DNA of 64,000 bases from Acidimicrobiales bacterium (GTDB lineage Bacteria > Actinomycetota > Acidimicrobiia > Acidimicrobiales > Poriferisodalaceae), in the NCBI GenBank assembly GCA_965213585.1, contig CBDBZP010000005.1:1329376-1393375 (forward strand), written 5' to 3'. Below, one piece after another: positions 18,424 to 28,900 of this stretch (positions are counted from its first letter, which is position 1; each line of letters opens with the position of its first letter). The notes under the pieces were generated by a model, which was given only the letters and a program-made list of their open reading frames with translations, did not search any database and was not told where the DNA came from. A program made the position numbers and the translations under genes.

Positions 18424-19032
18424 TCAGGGCCCGTCCCTGAGAACCTCGAGCGCTGCGACCGCCTCGTCCAGCTCACACCTGCGGCTGGGCCACAGCCGCT
18501 CCTCGACGGCTCGTCGAGCTGCAGCGACAACCTCAGGGACCGCCTCGCTGTAGACGTCCAGGCTGCTGGCGTCGAAGGCGACGAGGACGGCTACCGGCAA
18601 GACGATCGCGAAGAACGCCTCAGGTCCGCCACCGGGCCCGATCATCGTGGGAGCGCGGCGGGCGGCGTGGGCGTTGATCGCAGCGAGCTGCTCGAGGCCC
18701 CGACAGATCGGGTCCGCTGCGAGGAAGTGCACGGTGCCGACGCCAGCCATGGTGGCCGCCGACCGGCACAGCAGACACGGCTCCAGCGTCGTGTAGAGCC
18801 GGAACTCTGTGTAGTCGCCGAGGGGCAGTTGGGCGAGCACGTCCATCTCAGCGTGGGCGATGCTCGTGTTACGCAATCGCCCCGCAGGAGCGTCGGCTTC
18901 GCCGATCCGGTTGCGCCCCTCGGCGACGATGCGGTCGTCGGCATCGACCAGTACCGCTCCCACGGGAAACGAACCCGCTCTGAACGCTTCCCACGCAAGT
19001 TCCAGCGATCGTCGCATCGGAGGATGAACCAC
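18424..19032 (-). CDS. Zinc-dependent nucleoside/nucleotide (CDA-fold) deaminase
   Basis: HAEMDVL ... LEPCLLCRSA (H-A-E and P-C-x-x-C zinc motifs). Opposite strand to all neighbours. GC visibly lower. Confidence 0.8.
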   Translation of the reverse strand: MVHPPMRRSLELAWEAFRAGSFPVGAVLVDADDRIVAEGRNRIGEADAPAGRLRNTSIAHAEMDVLAQLPLGDYTEFRLYTTLEPCLLCRSAATMAGVGTVHFLAADPICRGLEQLAAINAHAARRAPTMIGPGGGPEAFFAIVLPVAVLVAFDASSLDVYSEAVPEVVAAARRAVEERLWPSRRCELDEAVAALEVLRDGP

Positions 19033-19170
19033 CCGGCGAGACTGTCACGACCCCGGGCACCTCGGGCGCACGGACCCCAGCTCAGCGGGAACCACAGGGG
19101 CGCCCACGCCCGGTCGACGGAACCAGCCGGTGCGACAGAGGAGCGCAGCGCTGGCCTCTTGGGGTGAGCG

Positions 19171-21621
19171 ATGGGCGCCCCGAGCAACGATGCCACCGAC
19201 ACGACCGCCGTGCTGGCCGCCGCCGTCGCCGCCGCCGGCGGGGTGTCGGCCGGGGTGGTGTGGGCGGCGGCGCAGCTGACCCAGCGGGCGGCGACAGGGC
19301 GGTGGGCGCCGATTGATCTGGCCGGCACCGTCGCAGCACTACCGCGGCTTCCTTCCACGGCCGCCCGCCCGGCTGGGGCATGGGAGCACACCGCTGGCCT
19401 GGTTCTGCCGCCCGGGTTGTTCTGGGTCGCTGTCGTCGTGGTCGCCGCCCCCGCCGTGGCCACGGCCGTCGCGATCGCACGCCGGGCGAGCCGGTGGGGG
19501 GCCGGCTCGGTGCCCCGTCGGCGTCTCGGCGTCGACGCCAACCCGTGGCTGGCCAGCTCCGCCCAGCTCGCTGCGCTGACCACCACCCGCTCGGGGGCGG
19601 CGGGCCGGTTCATCCTGGCCCGCCACGGCCGCCGTCTGCTGGCCACGCCCACCGGGCGGGCCTCGGCGCGGGACCGGGCCCGGCGCCGGCCCCCCGGCGG
19701 GCGGGGGGCTGTGGCCATCATCGGCCCCTCCCAGTCCGGCAAGACCACCACGGTCATCGCCGGGCTCCTGGACTGGGACGGGCCGGTGGTGTGCTCGTCG
19801 GTCAAGACCGACCTCATCGGCCCCACCATCGGCTGGCGGTCCACCCTCGGGCCCGTCGCCGTGTTCGATCCCGCCAACGCCACCCCCAATGACACCTGCG
19901 CCTGGTCGCCGCTGCGCACCGCCTCCGACTTCGTCGGCGCCGTCGAGGCCGCCCGGCGCATCTCCGAGGCCACCCCCCGCAACTCGGGGTCCGTCACCAA
20001 CGAGTCCTTCTGGGACAACCTGGCCCAGCAGCTCCTCGGTACCTGCCTGTGGGCCGCCGCCCGAGGCGGGCGGACCATGGGCGACGTGGTCGCCTGGGTG
20101 GCCACCCACGACGGTGTGGACCCCGAACGCTCCGATCTGTTGGGCCTCCTCGCTCGTTTGGCCCCGCCCGGGCACCCCGGGCCCCTCGCCCCCCGCCCCG
20201 CCGCCATGCCCGAGGACCCCGATGCCCGGGCGGCGTGGGAGGACTACGACCAGGCCCTCCAGCCCCTGGCCGGGATCCGGGCCGCCCCACCCGACACCCG
20301 CTCCAGCGTCTACATCACCGCCCAGACGCTGCTGTGGCCCTGGTCCCAGCGCACCGGCGCCGCCTCCGCGCAGGGCCGCAGCGTCGACCTGGGCTGGCTC
20401 TACGCCGACCCCGACACCGGCCGGCCACGCCCTGCCAGCCTGTACCTGTCGGCCCCTCTGGGCGCCCAGGCCCGCTACGCGCCCGTCATCGGCGGACTCC
20501 TCGGTGACCTCATCGACCAGGTCTTCGCCCACCACGCCCGCACCGGCGAACGCCTCGACCCGCCCCTGCTGGTCGTCATCGACGAGGCGGGCCAGACCCC
20601 CCTCGAGCAGCTCCCCCAGATCGCCGCCACCGTCGCCGGTCTGGGTGTGCAGCTCGTCACCGTCTGGCAGTCCAAGGCCCAGCTCGACACCGTCTACGGC
20701 ACCGGCGCCGACACCGTGTTGACGAACCACCCCACCAAGCTGTTCTTCTCGGGGCTGTCCGACTCCGCCACCCTCGCCTACCTGCGGGACCTCACCGGCG
20801 TCGAGCACGTCCCCACCCGCAGCCTCACCCGCCCGGCCGGGCTGCTCGCCACGGGCGGACGTTCGGAGAACGCCACCACCCACGAGCTGTCTCTCCTTCC
20901 CGCCCACGTCATCCGCCAACAGGCCCGCGGTCACGCCCTGCTCGTGCACGCCAACCTGGCCCCCGCCGCCGTCGCCGGCCGTCACGCCCCCAGCGACCGC
21001 CACCTCCGCCGACGGGCCCGCACCCCCCTGCCCGCCGGCACCCCCACCATCGGCCCCACCGCACCAGCCGACCCTCCGGCCGGGCCGGGCGACCGGTCCG
21101 TGACCCATCACCCCGACGGGCGGCCGGCCCCACCCGGCGTCGACCCCGCCACCGGTGAGATCCTCGAACCCAGCCCACCCCCAGCACGCGCTGCCGGTGC
21201 TGACGGCGGGGCCGGGAGCTACGTCTACCCGCCCGGCGTGACCGTCTTCTCCCACCCGCCGGCCGGCCCCGACGGCGACCAGGACGACCCCGACCCGTGG
21301 TCCGCCGACGTGGTCGACCCCGTCCTCGACGACCCCACCCTGGCCGGCACCCAGCTCAGCTTCGACCTCGACCTCGACCTCGACCCCGACCCGCCCGGAC
21401 CCGACGGCCCGGCCGGCGACGGGTCCGCAGCCGCCGGCGACAGCGGGGACGGTCCCGCTGACCTTTACCTCGACCTCGACGGTTGGGGCCCGGTCGAGGA
21501 CCTCGACCTCGACGGCTACGGGCCCGCCGACGGCGCCGACCCCTGGCCCCCGACGACGGCACCGGCGGCGACGGTGACAGCGCTGGGCGACCGTCACTGC
21601 CCGGAGCAGGGCCCACGGTGA
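19171..21621 (+). CDS. Type IV coupling protein (VirD4/TraG family) with a long acidic Pro/Asp-rich tail
   Basis: Walker A AIIGPSQSGKTTT. Walker B PLLVVIDEAGQ. The stretch GVQLVTVWQSKAQLDTVYG is also typical. Confidence 0.85.
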   Translation: MGAPSNDATDTTAVLAAAVAAAGGVSAGVVWAAAQLTQRAATGRWAPIDLAGTVAALPRLPSTAARPAGAWEHTAGLVLPPGLFWVAVVVVAAPAVATAVAIARRASRWGAGSVPRRRLGVDANPWLASSAQLAALTTTRSGAAGRFILARHGRRLLATPTGRASARDRARRRPPGGRGAVAIIGPSQSGKTTTVIAGLLDWDGPVVCSSVKTDLIGPTIGWRSTLGPVAVFDPANATPNDTCAWSPLRTASDFVGAVEAARRISEATPRNSGSVTNESFWDNLAQQLLGTCLWAAARGGRTMGDVVAWVATHDGVDPERSDLLGLLARLAPPGHPGPLAPRPAAMPEDPDARAAWEDYDQALQPLAGIRAAPPDTRSSVYITAQTLLWPWSQRTGAASAQGRSVDLGWLYADPDTGRPRPASLYLSAPLGAQARYAPVIGGLLGDLIDQVFAHHARTGERLDPPLLVVIDEAGQTPLEQLPQIAATVAGLGVQLVTVWQSKAQLDTVYGTGADTVLTNHPTKLFFSGLSDSATLAYLRDLTGVEHVPTRSLTRPAGLLATGGRSENATTHELSLLPAHVIRQQARGHALLVHANLAPAAVAGRHAPSDRHLRRRARTPLPAGTPTIGPTAPADPPAGPGDRSVTHHPDGRPAPPGVDPATGEILEPSPPPARAAGADGGAGSYVYPPGVTVFSHPPAGPDGDQDDPDPWSADVVDPVLDDPTLAGTQLSFDLDLDLDPDPPGPDGPAGDGSAAAGDSGDGPADLYLDLDGWGPVEDLDLDGYGPADGADPWPPTTAPAATVTALGDRHCPEQGPR

Positions 21622-22472
21622 GGCCACCGTTCCGGTACTTCGGCGGCAAGACGCAGCTGGCCGGCTGGATCGCCGCCCAGCTGCCCCCGCACCGCACCTA
21701 CGTCGAACCCTTCGCCGGCAGCGCAGCCGTGCTGTTCGCCAAGACCCCCTCACCCAACGAGGTCCTCAACGACCTCGACACCAACCTCGTCACCCTCCTG
21801 CGGGTCATACGGGACCGGCCCGACGAGCTGACCGCCCGCCTCGAGCTCACCCCCTGCGCCCGGGCCGAGTTCCTCGCCTGCCGGGACCGCCTCACCGCCG
21901 CCGGACCCGCAGATGACCTCGAACGGGCCCGGGCCACGTTCGTGCTCATCACCCAGTCCGTCTCGGGGACCACCCGCGCCGGGACCGGCTGGTCCACCTC
22001 CACCCGCACCGGCACCAACCGGGCCCGCACCGTGCAAGCCGGCCTGACCCGCCTGCGGGCCGCCGCTGACCGCCTGTCCGGGGTGATCCTCGACAACCGG
22101 CCCGCCGTCAAGATCATCGACCTCTACGGCACCCCTGACGCCGTCATCTATGCCGATCCCCCCTACCTCGGTGCTGTCCGCCACCGCCCCGACGGCACCA
22201 CCACCCCCACCGCCGGCGCCTACACCGTCGAGATGATGGGCGAGCCCGACCACCGGGCCCTCGCCACCGCCCTCAACAGCACCCCCGCCGCGGTGCTGGT
22301 GTCGGGCTACGCCAGTGACCTGTACGACGACGACCTCTACGCCGGCTGGTACCGCACCGAGATTGGCGTCACCACCCGCGCCGCCAACCACACCCAACCC
22401 TCCCGCAACCGGGCTCGGGCCGTCGAGGTGATCTGGTCCAACCGGCCCCTCGGCACCGGGCGGCTGTTCTGA
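21618..22472 (+). CDS. DNA adenine methyltransferase (Dam/D12 class), with no partner endonuclease seen
   Basis: FRYFGGKTQLAGWI, EPFAGSAAV and YADPPYLG. GTGA overlap with the coupling protein gene. Confidence 0.9.
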   Translation: MRPPFRYFGGKTQLAGWIAAQLPPHRTYVEPFAGSAAVLFAKTPSPNEVLNDLDTNLVTLLRVIRDRPDELTARLELTPCARAEFLACRDRLTAAGPADDLERARATFVLITQSVSGTTRAGTGWSTSTRTGTNRARTVQAGLTRLRAAADRLSGVILDNRPAVKIIDLYGTPDAVIYADPPYLGAVRHRPDGTTTPTAGAYTVEMMGEPDHRALATALNSTPAAVLVSGYASDLYDDDLYAGWYRTEIGVTTRAANHTQPSRNRARAVEVIWSNRPLGTGRLF

Positions 22473-23065
22473 TGGGCGCCCACCCCGACCGACACGGGCC
22501 CACCCCGCCGCCGGCGGGCCCGTCCCCCCACACCCCCGACCGCAGCGAAGCGTCCCAGCACGCCCGGGCACGCCCCCCGGCCGGGCCCGTGACCCGCATC
22601 GGGGTCCGCCTGGGACCCGACCCCTACGCCGAACCCGGCGCCGTGCCCATCGGCTCGGCCTACACCCAGCAATGGTGGCTGCCCGTCCTCGGGCCCACCT
22701 GCACCTGCCTGCTCGCCCACGCCGCCCGCCACGCCGACACCTACACCGCCGACTGGCAGTGGCCCGCCGTCGACGACCTCGCCGTGGCCGTCGGCCTCGG
22801 CGCCAAACCCCGCCACGGGTTCAACAGCCCCCTCCTACGGGCCCTGGACCGCCTCGCCCAGTTCCAGGTCGCCACCTGGGTCAGCACCCCCCGCTCCGCC
22901 ACCGACGACGCCCGCATCGCCATCCACGACACCGTCCGCCTCGTCCCCGAACCGGCCACCCGCCGCTGGCCCGACGCCATGCGCGCCGACCACGCCGCCG
23001 ACCTCGCCGACCTCGCCCGCACCCGGCGCACCCCACCCGCCGCCCACCAACCCCGCCGACGGTAA
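22472..23065 (+). CDS. Hypothetical protein
   Basis: ORF track. Coupled to dam by a 1-nt overlap. No motif recognised. Confidence 0.5.
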   Translation: MGAHPDRHGPTPPPAGPSPHTPDRSEASQHARARPPAGPVTRIGVRLGPDPYAEPGAVPIGSAYTQQWWLPVLGPTCTCLLAHAARHADTYTADWQWPAVDDLAVAVGLGAKPRHGFNSPLLRALDRLAQFQVATWVSTPRSATDDARIAIHDTVRLVPEPATRRWPDAMRADHAADLADLARTRRTPPAAHQPRRR

Positions 23066-23079
23066 GGAGCACCCCCGCC

Positions 23080-23952
23080 ATGACCCACCCCGACACCACC
23101 CCCGGCGACCCGATCGACCCGGCCCTGGGCGACGCGATCCGAGGCCGCCTCGGCTGGTTCGCCCCGAGCGGTGTCCAGGCCAAACTCCTGGCCGCATCCC
23201 TTCACGGCCACGAACTCACCTACCCGCGCCTGTTCGCCACCCTGGCCCGCATGCCCGACGTCCTGGCCGGGCCCCGCCCCGACCGGGACGGCTACGTCGT
23301 CGCCCTCACCGCGCCCACCCGGCTCCCGGCCCGGAACCTCATCACCACCGATATCGAGGCGGCCTGCGTGCGTGCCCTTCACCAGAAGGCCCCCACCACC
23401 ATCACCAGCGCCCGCGACCTGCACGTCCTGGCCGAGATCGCCCCCCACGCCACAGCACTGGCCGGCGCAGCCGGCCACCTGGCCCGGCCCGCCGCCCAGG
23501 TCCTCGACGGCGTCGGCGCCTACCACCACTACAACCGGGACCTCCCCGCCGCCGAGACCGCCCTCGTCGCCGCCCTCGCCCACCACACCACCGCCGGCGG
23601 CCCCCACAGCCGCCCCGCCGCCGACACCCTCCGCGCCCTCGCCGACGTCCACCTCGACGCCGGCAACACCACTACCGCCCTCACCGCCCTCCAGGCCGCC
23701 ACCGCCGCCTACGAGACCGCCTGCGGGCCCCGCAGCCCCGAAGTCGCCGAAACCGCTCTCACCGTCGCCGGCGTCTACGCCACCGGGGGCCGTCCCGACC
23801 TGGCCCGCGAGCTCCTCGACGAGATCGACCGCCGCCTCGACGCCCCCGCCGGTCACCCCCTCCGCCAAGACCTCGACGACGAGCTCGCCCGCCACCCCCC
23901 ACCGGCCCGGCCCGCCCGGCACCTCGCCACCGTCCCCGCCCCGGCCCGATGA
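23080..23952 (+). CDS. TPR-like repeat protein
   Basis: ATG 23080 behind taaggag. The C-terminal half has Ala-rich helical repeats (TLRALADVHLDAGNTTTALTALQAATAAYE...). Confidence 0.55.
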   Translation: MTHPDTTPGDPIDPALGDAIRGRLGWFAPSGVQAKLLAASLHGHELTYPRLFATLARMPDVLAGPRPDRDGYVVALTAPTRLPARNLITTDIEAACVRALHQKAPTTITSARDLHVLAEIAPHATALAGAAGHLARPAAQVLDGVGAYHHYNRDLPAAETALVAALAHHTTAGGPHSRPAADTLRALADVHLDAGNTTTALTALQAATAAYETACGPRSPEVAETALTVAGVYATGGRPDLARELLDEIDRRLDAPAGHPLRQDLDDELARHPPPARPARHLATVPAPAR

Positions 23953-24383
23953 GCGACCCCGACCCGCACCACCAGGGCCACGCGCACCCCGCTGCCGCCG
24001 TCGGACCCCGCGCCGCAGCCGACGAGGTCGCCGACGCCACCCGGCGACTCAACCACACCCTCACCGGCACGAGATGGCTCACCGTCGCCGACCTGTACGG
24101 CATCGTCGGCTCCCTCGACCAGGCCGCCACCCGCATCCAGAACACCCTCGGCGTCCTCGCTGCGGGAGTCGACGCCCACCGCACCATTGGCGGTCACCGC
24201 CACGACCACCACGCCGACCCCGCCACCGAGCTGGCCGACGCCCGAGCCCACCTCGAGCGCTCCGTCGCCTACACGGCCGCCATCAGCAGCTTCCTGGGCC
24301 AGGCCCAAGCCGGACTCGGCCACCTGACCGAACCGAACCCGTCACGACCGGAGCCAGGACCCAGCACCGCCCGCGTCCGGTAA
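23949..24383 (+). CDS. Hypothetical protein
   Basis: ORF track. ATGA overlap with the upstream gene. Confidence 0.5.
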   Translation: MSDPDPHHQGHAHPAAAVGPRAAADEVADATRRLNHTLTGTRWLTVADLYGIVGSLDQAATRIQNTLGVLAAGVDAHRTIGGHRHDHHADPATELADARAHLERSVAYTAAISSFLGQAQAGLGHLTEPNPSRPEPGPSTARVR

Positions 24384-24439
24384 CGCCGCTATCCTGCACC
24401 CGCACCGGGAGGCGACGCCGACAGGGACGGGCCTGCCGC

Positions 24440-24718
24440 CGTCAAGATGGCTTTGGCTCGGCGCTGTTCGGCGTTCTCCCGCTTCAACCGCTTGACCCCG
24501 GCCGCCTCGGCGCCGGTCACCCCCGGCCGACGGCCGGCGTCGGTCTCGCCTGACGAACGCACTTCCGCACCGTCTCAGCCGTCGGGCCCAGCTTCTCGGC
24601 CACCGCACAGATCGTCTCCCGCTGCGAACTGTGCTCGTGCTCATGGTCGAGCACCATCCGCACCGCCCGCTCCCGGCATCTCCACCGGGTACCGACCCGG
24701 CGTGCGCTGGTGTGTCAT
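24440..24718 (-). pseudogene. IS3-family transposase OrfA remnant (at least 2 frameshifts, no OrfB)
   Basis: Own translation across frames: ...RERAVRMVLDHEHEHSSQRETICAVAEKLGPTAETVRKCVRQAE/TDAGRRPGVTGAEAAGVKRLKRENAEQRRAKAIL. Confidence 0.7.
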
Positions 24719-24828
24719 CGCTCCATCCTCTCAATGCGTGGAGCCTCCGCCAGACCCGGGGGCGCTTCAATGTCACACCCCGCTCCTATAATGAGGGCCG
24801 TTCAAACAAGAGCGAAAGGCGGCCGTCC

Positions 24829-25995
24829 ATGGCCTTCGAAGTGTCCGACCGCGGCTTCATCTTCTGGCCTGTCGGCTGCGGTGACAGCACCACGATCAAG
24901 GTGAACGACAACGTCTTCCTGCAGGTCGACCTTCGCCACACCGAGAAATCCGAGGACGACGACGAGCCGACCAGCCCCGTCGTCGACGAGCTCATGGAGC
25001 TCCTGCCGGAGATCAAAGGCACGAAGTACCTGGCGGTGTTCGCGCTCACCCACCCCGATCTCGATCACTGCCAGGGGTTTCAGATCCTCATGGAGAAGGT
25101 CGAGGCCGGCGAGCTCCGCATCGGCGAGCTGTGGTTCACGCCACGGATCTTCCGCGAGTACGACACCGATGAGGGCCTGTCCGAGGACGCCCAAGCGTTT
25201 TGCGACGAGGCGACCCGGCGGGTCGAGGCCATGGTCGGCAAGTCCGAGGACGAGATCGAGTCCGGCGACCGGGTAATGGTCATCGGGAACGACGACATCC
25301 TCGACGATGACGACTACAAGCAACTGCCTGACCGGTTCAAGACCCATCCGGGCCAGAACATCGTCGTGCTCGACGGAGCGAGCCACGAGGGCACGTTCCG
25401 GGCGTTCATTCACGCGCCGTTCGGCGACGACTCCGCCGGCGAGCGGAACCGGACGAGCCTCGCGATGCAGGTGACCCTGACCGACGGTGAAGGGTCAGGA
25501 CAAGTCCTTCTGTTCGGGGACCTCGACTACCCGGCGCTCAAGCGGATCTTCGACTACAGCGACGCCGAGGACCTTGCTTGGGACGTGCTCCTCGCGCCGC
25601 ACCACTGCTCGAAGTCCGCCATGTATCTCCAGGAGGAATTTGACGAACAGGCCGTCCTGAAGAAGGACATCGTAGTCGCCATGACCGACGCCGCCGGCGA
25701 GACCGGTTGGGTCGTCTCCTCCTCCGTGAAGGTGCCGGCCACGAACCAGCCGGGCGACAACCCGCCGCATGCGAAGGCAAAGGCGCAGTACGAGGCAATC
25801 GCCCCGGACGGGTTCCTGTGCACTGGCGACGACGGAGGCAGCGACGACCCGATCGTGTTCGCGGTCGGCGCCACCGGAATCTCGCTCCTCACGTCTGTCG
25901 ATGCCGGTGAGTCGAAGGTTGCGGCCGCGATCACGGCGGCTCGGGGCGGAACCGAGCCGCACGGGCAACAGGTCGGCTTCGGCCGACCGGCATGA
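24829..25995 (+). CDS. Metallo-beta-lactamase-fold protein (first gene of the cassette)
   Basis: ATG 24829 behind gaaagg. Motif LTHPDLDHCQG (25048-25068), an HxHxDH-like site. Later FGDLD and LLAPHHCSKS. GC visibly lower than the surroundings. Confidence 0.8.
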   Translation: MAFEVSDRGFIFWPVGCGDSTTIKVNDNVFLQVDLRHTEKSEDDDEPTSPVVDELMELLPEIKGTKYLAVFALTHPDLDHCQGFQILMEKVEAGELRIGELWFTPRIFREYDTDEGLSEDAQAFCDEATRRVEAMVGKSEDEIESGDRVMVIGNDDILDDDDYKQLPDRFKTHPGQNIVVLDGASHEGTFRAFIHAPFGDDSAGERNRTSLAMQVTLTDGEGSGQVLLFGDLDYPALKRIFDYSDAEDLAWDVLLAPHHCSKSAMYLQEEFDEQAVLKKDIVVAMTDAAGETGWVVSSSVKVPATNQPGDNPPHAKAKAQYEAIAPDGFLCTGDDGGSDDPIVFAVGATGISLLTSVDAGESKVAAAITAARGGTEPHGQQVGFGRPA

Positions 25996-28900
25996 CACCA
26001 GGGCAGGTACAGGCTGAAGCTGAGCTGCGACGAATCGCTGCGGCGTCTCCAGGAGCGATCGAGATCGACAGCATCACTCACACCGGAAGCTCGATGGTCG
26101 CTGTCGTCGGTGTCGACTGCCGCGGCTTCGACCACGTCGAGGGCGGCATCAAGCTCCGGCAGCGTGAATGGTTCGATATCTCGGTCCCGGCGAAGTTCCC
26201 GTTCAAGCCGCCTTCGGCGTGGGTACGTCACGAACGTTGGGCCGGGGCTCCGCACGTTCAGTGGAAGCGGTCCCTCTGTCTCTACGTCGCTACGGCCGTT
26301 GAGTGGAACCCGTCCGACGGCATGTACGGCTTCCTCGACCGCCTCGTCCGCTGGCTACGTGAAGCAGCGCTGAACCAGCTCGACCCTGTCGGAGGTCCCC
26401 AGCATCCCCCCGTTGCGTACCCGTCGCCCGGAACCCCACTCTTCATCCCACGCGTTGATACCCCGGCCGTCGGTCTTGCGTCGTGGGCTGGGTTCGCCGA
26501 GTTCACGTCCCCGGCTGACCGTCGCCACGACCTCGTCGGGTGGCACAAGATCGGCAGCGACAACCTGCGGCCGGAGGCCCGTTACGCGGCAGCTGTCCTC
26601 CTCAACGAGCCTCTGCCGTTCGAGTTCCCGAGGTACCTCGGCCACCTCATCCGTGATCTCGAACGCGGACGGTTCGACAAGGACGTGCTGTACCTGCTCC
26701 TCGGGATCGCCGCTCAGCGCCTGAAGGAGGACGAGCCGCTGTACGTCGTCATTGGGACGCCGATGCGGGCCACGGCAGAAGGCGAACCTCGCCAGCATCT
26801 CGCCGTGTGGCGGCTCGATGCCGAGCCTGCGGACTCGTTCAAGACGCTGCTCATCGACGCCGGCGACAACCAACGGATGAGGGAGCTGCTGGCGCGGCTT
26901 GAAGAAGCCGTCGACAAGTGGGCGCAGGTCGCGCCGGTCGAATGGTGCAAGGTCCGTGAGGCACGGCCAGAGGTCACACAGGACCGCGCTAGTGGGTCGC
27001 CCCTGCGGGTATTCGAGGGGCGGAAGGTCGCCGTATGGGGTTGCGGAGCGATCGGCTCCCACGTCGCCGAGATTCTCGTGCGGGCAGGCGTCGCTCACCT
27101 CGTGCTCCGCGATAGCGGGATCGTCGCACCGGGTGTCCTCAGCCGGCAGTGGTTCGACGACTCCGACATCGGTGAGAGCAAGGCAGCCGCGCTGAAGGAC
27201 CACCTTCTTGCCATCAACCCCGACCTCCAAGTTGACGCCCACCACGGCGACGTCATCACCGACAGCGGGATCGAGTCCGACTGGACCGACGGCGCCTCGC
27301 TGGTGGTCGAAGCGACCGCAAACAACGCGGTCTCTCGGTACCTCGAAACACGCCGGATGAACTCGTCTCGCGCCGCGCATGTCGCAACCCTGGTGTTCGG
27401 GCACACCGCTGAGCACGGGCGCGCCACGTTCATCCCATCCGAATCAGGTGCCGGGCCGGCGGACGCCGCACGGAACGCCAAACTCGCCGCCCTCCGGAAC
27501 CCGGACCTCCGAGCGTTCGCCGACGAGTTCTGGCCCGACCCGCCGCGCACCGCCTACTTCCAGCCCGAGCCTAGGTGCTCGGAACCGACCTTTACGGGCT
27601 CCGAGGCAGAGGTCTCGGCGTTGACGGCGTACATGGTCGGCTTCGTCGCACAGGAATTTCATTCGGGACAGGAGTCGATCTCGGCGTTCTACGCGTCGGT
27701 CGCAGACGATGGCCCCAACAGCTCCGTCGTCCGGTTCGCCGCCGACCTCGTGCTCAACGAACCCTTCGGCGGCTACGAGGTTCGAATCGCGGCCTCCGCC
27801 CTCGCTGAGCTTCGGGCCTGGACGCGGCGAAGCGAACGGAACGCGCCGGGCCACGAAACAGGAGGAGTCCTCTTCGGGGAACGGGACGACGCCCTGCAAG
27901 TCATCTGGGTCACCGATATCCTCGGTCCTCCGCCGGACAGCCAGGCGTCGCCGTGTGCGTTCATTTGCGGCATTGATGGGGTCGACGATGCCGCTGCGTA
28001 CTTTCAAACACGCGCTCGCGATTCGTCGTCGCCGATTGGCATGTGGCACACCCACCCCGACGGCCCCCCGCGTCCGAGCCCGACCGATCGCGGCGGCATG
28101 GCACAGCTCGTAGGCAACGACGACCGGCCCCTGCCGAAGCAGCTGTTGCTCATCGTCGGCGGCAGCCGGGAGTCGCACAACCTCGCGGCGTACACGTATG
28201 ACAGCGACACGCCGCCGCCAGCGACGTTCGAGGTCGCCACTCGGCCCCTGCCGGTGGACGGGCGACCTCCCCATCGGATTGGCCTCGCCCTTTCAGGGGG
28301 CGGCTTCCGAGCCGTCGCGTTCCACCTCGGCGTTCTCCGTGGCCTACACGACCGGGGCGTCCTCGAGCACGTGGACGTGGTGTCCTCGGTGTCGGGCGGC
28401 TCGATCATCGCTGCGATGTGGGCGTACAGCGACGACTCGTTCGAGGAGTTCGACGCCCGAGTCGTATCACTGCTCAAAGGCGGCCTGACCGGGAAGCTCC
28501 TCGGCGTTGCACTGCGCCGAGGGCCGCAAGCCGCAGCGTCGAGCGTCGTCGCAGCAGCCGGCTCAGCGTGGAACCTCGCCGCCGGGATCGCCCGACGTGT
28601 CACGGGGACAGCGAGACGACCCGCCGAGCCGCCGTTCCGGCGTGCGGTGACACGCACGCGGGCCCTCGAGGACGTCTTCGCCGCCCGCTTGTTCGGACAG
28701 GCAACGGTTGACGAGCCACTGCGGCCCCTGGCGACCGTCATCAACGCCGCCGAGCTCCGGAGCGGCAACGCGTTCCGCTACGGCAGTGCAGAAGGCGGCT
28801 CCAGCCGCTTCGGCCGGCTCACCGGGCCGGCGCCGACAGTCGCGCGCGCTGTAACCGCCAGCGCCGCCTACCCCGTCGCGTTCCCCGCGATGGACGACGT

